Shown here in pieces: positions 1 to 6,679 of a stretch of 12,616 bases of DNA. The number at the start of each line of letters is the position of its first letter. Position 1 is the stretch's first letter. The notes beneath the pieces were generated by a model. That model searched no databases. It was not told the origin of the DNA and was given only the letters and a program-made list of their open reading frames with translations. Source of the DNA: Polyangiaceae bacterium (lineage in GTDB: Bacteria; Myxococcota_A; Polyangia; Polyangiales; Polyangiaceae). The DNA lies in NCBI GenBank assembly GCA_044222475.1, contig JBGANF010000186.1, forward strand, positions 1-12,616, read 5' to 3'. Position numbers and translations under genes: made by a program.

Positions 1-738
1 GTACGACGACGCGCCGCCGAACGGGAGGATGTCGTAGCCGCTGATCGGCACGCTGCTCACGATGTGCCACGCCTGGCCGCGCCCGGTGCCTGCCACCTGC
101 GACGCGGAGCTCAGCGCCGACGTCACCGGGCACTTGAAGTTCGACTGCGTCTCGTTGCCCATGAAGAGCACGGCGACCTTGCCCGGCGGGATTCCGGTCG
201 ACGGGATCGTCGCCCAGTTCGCCGGCGGCGTGCCCGCTTGCGAGATGCGGCCGAACTTCGTCGCGTCGTAGGTTTGACCGCCGCGCGTGACCGTGAGCGT
301 CACGTCCTTCGCCCAGTTGTTGGCGACGAAGATCGCGTAGCACGGCGAGAAATACCCTGGCGCGAGGTCCGCGAAGAAGCTCGGCGTCGCGACCATGAAG
401 TCGCAGCCGACGCTGCCCTTGGCCGCGGCGGCCGCGTCGCAGGCGGGGACGCACTGTCCGCCGGCGCACCCTTGGTCGGGCGGGCACGTCTGGATGACGT
501 TGCCGTTGGAGTCGACGACGTTGCGCAGATCGGGGCTGCACCCTCCGTTGCCGCCGTCGGGTCCGGGCCCGCTGTCGCCGAGGTTGAAGGGGCTGTCCTC
601 GAGCCCGGCGTCGCTGGTGGACCCGTCGGGTCCGCCGTCGCCGAAGAAGCTGCCGGTCCCTCCACCGCAGGACACCGTCCCAAGACCTACGGTCAATCCC
701 CCGAACGCCCCGAGCATCAAGATCAAGCGACTGCGCAT
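1..738 (-). CDS. Cys-rich lipoprotein with probable IgGFc-binding protein N-terminal domain (5' part, 246 aa in window; runs off the left edge)
   Basis: Translated by hand because it is absent from the ORF track (no stop in window). ATG at 738-736 gives MRSRLILMLGAFGGLTVGLGTVSC (signal peptide, lipobox Cys24), an acidic/Gly tether, CPPDQGCAGGQCVPAC, KGSVGCDF, CYAIFVANNW and GRGQAWHIVSSVPISGYDILPFGGASSY. The frame is open to base 1 with GC-ending codons. The family call is motif recognition (SxGCxF ... I.S.xP.xxYxxxP), not a search. Confidence 0.85.
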   Translation of the reverse strand, partial: MRSRLILMLGAFGGLTVGLGTVSCGGGTGSFFGDGGPDGSTSDAGLEDSPFNLGDSGPGPDGGNGGCSPDLRNVVDSNGNVIQTCPPDQGCAGGQCVPACDAAAAAKGSVGCDFMVATPSFFADLAPGYFSPCYAIFVANNWAKDVTLTVTRGGQTYDATKFGRISQAGTPPANWATIPSTGIPPGKVAVLFMGNETQSNFKCPVTSALSSASQVAGTGRGQAWHIVSSVPISGYDILPFGGASSY

Positions 739-745
739 GGCCCGA

Positions 746-773
746 AGTGTACCACGCGACCGCGAGCCGTCGA
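746..773 (-). promoter_or_regulatory. Putative sigma70-type promoter for a leaderless mRNA of the IgGFc-like lipoprotein
   Basis: The minus strand reads TCGACG (773-768), a 16-nt spacer ending TGG, TACACT (751-746), 7 nt, then ATG (738). This is an extended -10 TGnTACACT with no Shine-Dalgarno. Confidence 0.5.
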
Positions 774-780
774 CGTCGGC

Positions 781-2757
781 TCAGAGCTCGATTTGGGCTC
801 CGAACTCCACGACGCGGTTGGGCGGGATCTGGAAGAACGCGGTCGCCGGGCGGGCGTTGCGTGAGAGGAACGAGAACAGGACCTTCCGCCAGAACGCCAT
901 CGTGCCCTTCTTGTTGGTGAGCACGAGCGTCTCGCGGCCGAGGAAGAAGCTGGTGTCCTCGAACTTGGTCGGAAGGCCTTTGTCCGCGCAGAGCGTCATG
1001 ATCTCGAGCGCGTTCGGCGTCTGCATGAAGCCGTAGATCGCCCGCGCTTGGTAGATCCCGTTGCCGAGATCCTTCACGTACTCGAGACGCTCCGAGGGCG
1101 GCACCTCGGGGACGTGCTTCGTCGCGATCGAGAGGCAGATGACCTGCTCGTGGAGCACCTTGTTGTGCTTGAAGTGGTGGAGCAGCACCGGCGGCGCGGC
1201 GTCGGGGTTCGACGTCATGAAGACGGCGGTGCCTTGGACGCGGTGGGGCTTCATGCGCTCGCAGTCCTCGAGGAAGAGCGGCAGCGGCAAGGTGGTGGCG
1301 AAGATCGCCTTCCCGAGCTCGGCTCGTCCGCGCTTCCAGGTGACCATGATGGTGAAGACGGCGGTCGCGATGGCGAGCGGGACCCAGCCGCCTTCGATGA
1401 TCTTCACCGTGTTCGCGCTGAAGAACACGAGATCGATCGAGAGGAACACGAAGCAGAGCGCGAGCGCCTTGAGCCGGGTCCAGCCCCACTTCGCGCGCGC
1501 GACGAAGTAGAAGAGGATGGTCGTGATGCTCATCGTGCCGGTCACGGCGATGCCGTACGCCGCCGCGAGGTCCGAAGAGTGCCGGAAGCCGAGCACGAGC
1601 GCGACGCACGCGACCATGAGCGCGTAGTTGATCTCGGGGACGTAGATCTGGCCTTCGGCGTCGCCGGAGGTGTGCTTGATCTGGACGCGAGGCCAGTAGC
1701 CGAGCTGCACTGCCTGCTGGGTCAGCGAGTACGCGCCGGAGATGAGCGCCTGCGATGCGATGACGGTCGCCGCGGTCGCGATCCCGACGAGCGGGTAGTG
1801 GAACCAACCCGGCGCGAGCGCGTAGAACGGGTTCTTCATCGCGACGTCGCCGGACGACGAGAGAAGGATCGCGCCCTGCCCGAAGTAGTTGAGGAGGAGG
1901 CAAGGGAACACGATCGAGTACCAAGCGATCTTGATCGGCTTAGCGCCGAAGTGCCCCATGTCGGCGTAGAGCGCCTCGCCACCAGTGATGCAGAGCACGA
2001 CCGAGCCGAGGATGAAGAACCCGTGCGAGCGGTGCGCGATCATGAAGCGCACGGCGTTCCATGGGTAGATCGCCTCGAGCACCGCGGGGTTCCTCACGAT
2101 CCACGGAAGACCCAGGCTCGCCAGGCACCCGAACCAGAGGAGCATCGTCGGGCCGAAGACCGCGCCGACCCGGTGGGTGCCGCGCTTCTGCACCAAGAAG
2201 AGGCCGACGAGGATCACGAGCGTGATCGGCACGACGAGCCGCTCGAGGATCGGGTTGGCCTCGGCGCCACCGGTCGCGATGGTCGCGAGTGGCTTCACGC
2301 CGAGACCTTCGACGGCGGAGAGCACCGAGATGGCCGGCGTGATGATGCCGTCGCCGTAGAGGAGCGCCGCCCCGAACAGGCCGAGGAAGACGAGCGCGAT
2401 GCTCTTCGAGGCTGCGGACTTGCCGTCGCCCTTCACGAGCGCGAGGAGGGCGAGGATGCCCCCCTCGCCGCCGTTGTCGGCGCGCATGATGAAGGACAGG
2501 TACTTGAGGACGACGACGAGCGCGAGCGACCAAAAGACGAGCGACAGCACGCCGAGGACGTTCGCCGGATCGCGGACGAGCGGCTCGACCTTGTCGCCGG
2601 CGAAGTCCACGTGCTCGCTGAAGCACTCCTTGATCGCGTAGAGCGGCGACGTCCCGATGTCCCCGTAGACGACGCCGAGCGCGCCAAGAGACAGCGTCGC
2701 GAGGGCGAAGCGTCCTTTGGGCACCGAATGACCATGGCCATGGGAGGTCCCTTCCAT
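781..2757 (-). CDS. kup: KUP/HAK/KT family potassium transporter Kup
   Basis: Family signature motifs GVVYGDIGTSPLY, RADNGGEGGILAL, YGDGIITPAISVLSAVEGL, TGGEALYADMGHFG, LLLNYFGQGA, GQIYVPEIN, AAAYGIAV and C-terminal PPNRVVEFG. About 12 hydrophobic segments plus a cytoplasmic domain. Start placed at ATG 2757 (MEGTSHGHGH) rather than the ORF-track start at 2850. Confidence 0.97.
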   Translation of the reverse strand: MEGTSHGHGHSVPKGRFALATLSLGALGVVYGDIGTSPLYAIKECFSEHVDFAGDKVEPLVRDPANVLGVLSLVFWSLALVVVLKYLSFIMRADNGGEGGILALLALVKGDGKSAASKSIALVFLGLFGAALLYGDGIITPAISVLSAVEGLGVKPLATIATGGAEANPILERLVVPITLVILVGLFLVQKRGTHRVGAVFGPTMLLWFGCLASLGLPWIVRNPAVLEAIYPWNAVRFMIAHRSHGFFILGSVVLCITGGEALYADMGHFGAKPIKIAWYSIVFPCLLLNYFGQGAILLSSSGDVAMKNPFYALAPGWFHYPLVGIATAATVIASQALISGAYSLTQQAVQLGYWPRVQIKHTSGDAEGQIYVPEINYALMVACVALVLGFRHSSDLAAAYGIAVTGTMSITTILFYFVARAKWGWTRLKALALCFVFLSIDLVFFSANTVKIIEGGWVPLAIATAVFTIMVTWKRGRAELGKAIFATTLPLPLFLEDCERMKPHRVQGTAVFMTSNPDAAPPVLLHHFKHNKVLHEQVICLSIATKHVPEVPPSERLEYVKDLGNGIYQARAIYGFMQTPNALEIMTLCADKGLPTKFEDTSFFLGRETLVLTNKKGTMAFWRKVLFSFLSRNARPATAFFQIPPNRVVEFGAQIEL

Positions 2758-2820
2758 CGCTTCGCGCCGCAAGAGGTACGACTTCGAAGCGCGCTCGTAA
2801 AGGGAGATTCGCGCGAGCGA

Positions 2821-2836
2821 CGGCCCGGCATTTGCA
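2821..2836 (+). promoter_or_regulatory. Putative sigma54 (-24/-12) promoter for the K+ channel operon
   Basis: CGGCCCGGCATTTGCA versus the consensus TGGCACG-N4-TTGCW. GG at 2822-2823 and GC at 2834-2835 have the exact 10-nt spacing, about 40 nt upstream of ATG 2877. Confidence 0.5.
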
Positions 2837-2876
2837 AGCCCATCGTGCATCTGGTGTACGCTGCGGTGGTCGTTCG

Positions 2877-3911
2877 ATGATCAACGCGTCGGTCACCAGG
2901 CTCCTCTACGCGGTGGGGGTCCTTTCCGTGCTCGTGTTCGGCGGCGCGCTGGGCTTTCACTACTTGGGCGCGGGCCGGTGGAGCTACTCCGACTGCGTCT
3001 TCATGACGGTGATCACGCTGTCGACGGTCGGGTTCGGCGAGCTCAACCACATGAGCGAGGTGCCAGGTGCCCGCGCGCTGACGATGGCCCTCATCATCGG
3101 TGGGATCGGGACGCTCGCCTACGTGCAAGGTAACCTGACGGCCCTCCTCGTCGAAGGCGCCATCGGCCAAGCGTGGCGGAGAAACAGGATGAAGAAGAAG
3201 ATCCAAGAGCTGAGCGGACACATCGTCGTCGCCGGTGCCGGGTCGACCGGCCGCCACGTGATCGAGGAGCTCGTCGCGACGCAGACACCGTTCGTCGTCA
3301 TCGATCGCAACCACGAGCACCTCGAGCGCATCTCCGTGTCGATGGCGGGGGGCAAGATGCTCTTCGTCCACGGCGACGCGACCGAGGACCACGCCCTCAT
3401 CGACGCGGGGATCGAGCGCGCGCGCGGGGTCGTAGCCGCGTTGACCCACGACAAGGACAACCTCTACGTCACGCTCAGCGCGCGTGGGCTCAACGCGCAC
3501 GCGCGCATCGTCGCGAAGGTCACGGAGGACGAAGCCGCACCGAAGATGCTGAAGGCCGGCGCGACGAGCATCGTGAGCCCGACGCAGATTGGTGGTCGCC
3601 GCATGGCGAGCGACGTGATCCGGCCCGAGGTGAACGAGTTCCTCGACAACATGCTCCGCGACAAAGACAAGTCGCTCCGGTTGGAGGAGGTCGGGATTCC
3701 GCCGGGCTCGCCCTACGCGGGTCACATGCTGAAGGACGCGCCGATCCGCAAGGAGACGCGCCTCCTCGTCATCGCCGTACGCCGCCAAGACCGCGAGTTC
3801 GTGTACAACCCCGAGCCGGACTTCGTGCTGCAGGAAGGGGCTACGTTGGTGGTGATGGGCGACGCGGACGGCGTGCAGAAGCTGCGAAAGATGGTCGAGG
3901 CAGAGTCATGA
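2877..3911 (+). CDS. Two-TM potassium channel with RCK-N (TrkA-N) and RCK-C (TrkA-C) domains (Kch/MthK-like)
   Basis: TM1, pore helix and filter TLSTVGFGE, TM2, Rossmann motif HIVVAGAGSTG, VHGDAT, DAGIERARGVV, then an RCK-C segment (EVGIPPGSPYAG...LVIAVRR...YNPEPDFVLQEGATLVVMG). Start placed at ATG 2877 (MINASV). Confidence 0.95.
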   Translation: MINASVTRLLYAVGVLSVLVFGGALGFHYLGAGRWSYSDCVFMTVITLSTVGFGELNHMSEVPGARALTMALIIGGIGTLAYVQGNLTALLVEGAIGQAWRRNRMKKKIQELSGHIVVAGAGSTGRHVIEELVATQTPFVVIDRNHEHLERISVSMAGGKMLFVHGDATEDHALIDAGIERARGVVAALTHDKDNLYVTLSARGLNAHARIVAKVTEDEAAPKMLKAGATSIVSPTQIGGRRMASDVIRPEVNEFLDNMLRDKDKSLRLEEVGIPPGSPYAGHMLKDAPIRKETRLLVIAVRRQDREFVYNPEPDFVLQEGATLVVMGDADGVQKLRKMVEAES

Positions 3912-4522
3912 GGCGCGCTGCCTTGGCGATCGCGGTGCTCGTCGCGGCGTGCGACGGCTGCCACCCGGCGGATACACCGGGGGACGCGCCGGCGGCCTCG
4001 TCCTCGATCAAGACCGACTACAAGGCGACGCCGCCGACGGGCCCGCGCGTCGTGACCGCGACGGACTCGATGACGCTCGCGGACGTCGCGACGAAGCTCG
4101 TCACCGGCGAGTGTCCCGACGCGATGCTCGTGTGGGGCGACGTCGGCGTCGATGCCGACATGGGGAAGCCGGTGAAGGTCGAAGCGGCGGGCAAGTCGAT
4201 CGAGGGCTTCCTCATTTGCCAGAGCACCAACGCCGAGCCGTTCCTCCGCAAACAGGCGAAGAACCCGCGGATGCTGACCGGACACGGCGGTACCGCGAAC
4301 GTGCACTTCCGGGAGGGTCACCTGCGCATGGTGCGGCGTTGGTCCGCGGGCGAAGTCGACCTCGGGGACCTCTCCACCGTCCCCGAAGGCGTGTTTCAGA
4401 AGGGCGAAGCCCTCGCCGCGCTCGTCGAGGTCGACTCCGACAAGCTCCCGGCGGTCGTCCTCGTCCCCATGCTCGCCAATCTGCCGAAGGCGTTCGTCTT
4501 CGCGATGTGGCCGCTGAAGTGA
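3908..4522 (+). CDS. Hypothetical lipoprotein (204 aa)
   Basis: ATGA overlap with the channel stop codon. MRRAALAIAVLVAAC signal and lipobox (Cys15), a Pro/Ala/Thr tether and a globular C-terminal part with GC-ending codons. It is the real 3' part of ORF-track entry 3173..4522. Confidence 0.8.
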   Translation: MRRAALAIAVLVAACDGCHPADTPGDAPAASSSIKTDYKATPPTGPRVVTATDSMTLADVATKLVTGECPDAMLVWGDVGVDADMGKPVKVEAAGKSIEGFLICQSTNAEPFLRKQAKNPRMLTGHGGTANVHFREGHLRMVRRWSAGEVDLGDLSTVPEGVFQKGEALAALVEVDSDKLPAVVLVPMLANLPKAFVFAMWPLK

Positions 4523-4526
4523 CCGC

Positions 4527-5750
4527 GTGACGAAGCTTCCTCGGGCGACGCTCCTCGCCGTGCTCGTGGCGGCGCTCGGCTACTTCGTCGACATCTACGA
4601 TCTGCTTCTGTTCGGCATCGTGCGAAAGCCGAGCCTGATCGAGCTCGGCGTGCCCAAGGAGCAGCTCCTCGACACCGGCGTCTTCCTCGACAACATGCAG
4701 ATGGGCGCGATGCTGATCGGCGGCATCCTGTGGGGCGTCCTCGGCGACAAGCGCGGGCGGCTCTCGGTGCTGTTCGGGAGCATCCTCCTCTATTCGCTCG
4801 CCAACATCGCCAACGGCTTCGTCCACACGGTCCCGCAGTACGCCGTGCTGCGCTTCGCGGCCGGCATCGGGCTCGCCGGGGAGCTCGGCGCCGGGATCAC
4901 GCTGGTGAGCGAGTCGCTCCCCACCGAGTCGCGCGGCGTCGGTACGACCATCGTCGCGACGGTCGGGATCACCGGCGCCGTCGTCGCCGCCCTGGTCGGC
5001 AAGCTCACGCATTGGCGGACCAGCTATTTCATTGGCGGAGGGCTCGGCCTGGGGTTGCTGCTCCTCCGCGTCGGCGTGTTGGAGTCCGGGATGTTCGCGA
5101 AGGCGAAGGAGCAGAAGGACATCTCGCGAGGCAATTTCTTCGCGCTGTTCACCAATCGATCGCGGCTGCGCAAGTATCTGTCCGTGATCCTCGTGGGCGT
5201 ACCGATTTGGTACTGCGTCGGGATCCTCATCAAGTTCTCCGACGCGGTGGGCGGGGCGCTTCACATGGAGAAGGCGCCCGAGCCTGCGCTCGCGATCATG
5301 TACTGCTACATCGGTCTCGCCCTCGGCGATCTCGGGAGCGGGCTCGCGAGTCAGCGGCTCCGAAGTCGGCGTCGCGCGGTGTTCCTGTTCTTGGGGCTCA
5401 CGACCGCGTCGCTCCTGTTCTACTTCCTCGTCGGTCCGGGATCGCTCACGCGGTTCTATCTCGCTTGCGGATTGATCGGGTTCTCCACGGGGTACTGGGC
5501 GGTGTTCATCACCACCGCGTCGGAGCAGTTCGGGACCAACATTCGCGCGACGGCGACCACTACCGTGCCGAACTTCGTGCGCGGCGCGACGGTGCCGATG
5601 ACGCTCGCGTTCGCGGCGTTGAAGACGAGTCCGTCGCTCGGCGTCGCGGGGGCCGCACTATGTGTCGGAGTGCCGGTGATGGTGCTCGCGTTTGGGGCGC
5701 TGTGGACGCTCGATGAGAGCTACGGGAAGGATCTCGATTTCGTGGAGTGA
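4527..5750 (+). CDS. MFS transporter (12 TM, substrate unknown)
   Basis: YFVDIYDLLLF in TM1, motif A GVLGDKRGRL, LRFAAGIGLAGE, ESLPTESRG and EQFGTNIRAT. GTG start 4 nt after the lipoprotein stop. Confidence 0.93.
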   Translation: MTKLPRATLLAVLVAALGYFVDIYDLLLFGIVRKPSLIELGVPKEQLLDTGVFLDNMQMGAMLIGGILWGVLGDKRGRLSVLFGSILLYSLANIANGFVHTVPQYAVLRFAAGIGLAGELGAGITLVSESLPTESRGVGTTIVATVGITGAVVAALVGKLTHWRTSYFIGGGLGLGLLLLRVGVLESGMFAKAKEQKDISRGNFFALFTNRSRLRKYLSVILVGVPIWYCVGILIKFSDAVGGALHMEKAPEPALAIMYCYIGLALGDLGSGLASQRLRSRRRAVFLFLGLTTASLLFYFLVGPGSLTRFYLACGLIGFSTGYWAVFITTASEQFGTNIRATATTTVPNFVRGATVPMTLAFAALKTSPSLGVAGAALCVGVPVMVLAFGALWTLDESYGKDLDFVE

Positions 5751-5758
5751 AATCCCAA

Positions 5759-5806
5759 CCGAGTCCGCTTCCGTTTCCGTTTCCGCGTCCGAGTCCGCTT
5801 CCGCCT
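5759..5806. repeat. Imperfect hexamer tandem repeat (CCGNNT)8
   Basis: CCGAGT CCGCTT CCGTTT CCGTTT CCGCGT CCGAGT CCGCTT CCGCCT. The 15-mer CCGAGTCCGCTTCCG occurs at 5759 and 5789. Confidence 0.9.
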
Positions 5807-5907
5807 CTGGGTCCACGCGCGAAACGCTCGCGGGACTCGAGCTCGCGGCGGCGTGGGGCTTCGTCCAACGCGACGACCGCGCGTGGGGCGGCCTCGACCG
5901 CATCTGA
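5800..5907 (+). pseudogene. Probable C-terminal remnant of a four-helix-bundle (23S rRNA IVP/Avd-like) gene
   Basis: The frame reads SASGSTRETLAGLELAAAWGFVQRDDRAWGGLDRI*. This resembles the AxGSxxE...L..A...G(Y/F)V...LDRI half of four-helix-bundle proteins. There is no N-terminal half and no credible start. Recognition by motif only. Confidence 0.55.
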
Positions 5908-5968
5908 ATCGTCTCATCAGCTCGTCGTCCCGCCGACCGTCGAGAAGAGGCTAGACTCGAGAGCACCG

Positions 5969-6652
5969 ATGACCGCGCCGTCCATTCGCGAGCTCGAGGA
6001 ACGCCTCGCGGCCGCTCGGAGAGACCTCGACCGGGCGCAAACCGCCCTCAGGGGCATGCACGAGGGCGACGAGTGGGAGGACTATCGGAGCAGTCTTCGA
6101 GCACAGCTCTCGGCGGAGCGGGATCTGGCCCTTGCTCGCGGTGAACCCACCTGCACTCCGTTGCCGTGGAGCCCGACGTGGAGTCCCGGAGCGTCGTCGC
6201 CGCACGTCGTGTCGTCGGGCTGGAAGACGTTCGTGGTGTACCTGGTCGATGACGCGGACCCCGCATGGGATGGGACGACGGCACGGATGATCGATCCGTC
6301 CGCCGCCGCGGTCGAGCGTCTCGGGATTGTCGAGTTCAAGCGCTGCTACGGACACCGCTTCGGCGGCCCCAACGACGAAGTCTGGAGCGGGCATCCTCTC
6401 TACGGCAGGGGGCTGGAACCGTACCGCGCTCACGTCATCGTCAACTCCCCGTGGATCGCAGCGGAGCGGAAGGTCGCCAGCGTGCATCCTCAGTTTCGCT
6501 CCGAGCGTTGGGAACGGCTGCGCCACTACTTCCTCTTGTTCCACGACCAAGTGTTCGAATGCCTCGCCGAGAGTCACGAGTGCGAAGTGCACGAAGCAAG
6601 CTTCCGCGACGTTCTTGGGATTCTCGCCACGCGTGTCCTGGCGGCCGACTGA
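5969..6652 (+). CDS. Conserved hypothetical protein (227 aa), FGGPNDE/GHPL/FHD family
   Basis: ATG at 5969 after GAGAG. N-terminal coiled-coil-like segment, then motifs RFGGPNDEVWSGHPLYGRGL, VNSPWI and RHYFLLFHDQVFECLA. It has visibly more A/T-ending codons than its neighbours. Confidence 0.8.
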   Translation: MTAPSIRELEERLAAARRDLDRAQTALRGMHEGDEWEDYRSSLRAQLSAERDLALARGEPTCTPLPWSPTWSPGASSPHVVSSGWKTFVVYLVDDADPAWDGTTARMIDPSAAAVERLGIVEFKRCYGHRFGGPNDEVWSGHPLYGRGLEPYRAHVIVNSPWIAAERKVASVHPQFRSERWERLRHYFLLFHDQVFECLAESHECEVHEASFRDVLGILATRVLAAD

Positions 6653-6679
6653 GCTGGGTGCGGACGCTCCGTGACTCGT

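Noticed and set aside
2758..2876. ORF-track N-terminal extensions of kup (2850) and the channel (2832); possible c-di-AMP riboswitch
   Set aside because: The extensions would overlap head-to-head and remove the promoter space. The 119-nt gap is short for a ydaO/c-di-AMP riboswitch and I see none of its structure.
1048..2880. 610-aa plus-strand ORF (also 64..864, 395..1036, 1940..2896)
   Set aside because: Shadow or alternative frames of kup and the IgGFc-like gene, as expected in high-GC DNA. They have no motifs and most are Arg-rich.
3024..3038. TVGFG instead of TVGYG selectivity filter
   Set aside because: GFG is a common variant in K+-selective channels, so it is not novel.
5759..5806. 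Repeat tract as a CRISPR array or IS end
   Set aside because: The units are 6 nt with no spacers. There are no cas genes, terminal inverted repeats or transposase.
5747..5968. 74-aa Pro/Arg-rich N-terminal extension of ORF 5747..6652, and small ORFs 5560..5868 and 5692..5907 as intact genes
   Set aside because: These are translations through the hexamer repeat. ATG 5969 has better upstream signals, and only the 3' half of 5692..5907 looks protein-like.
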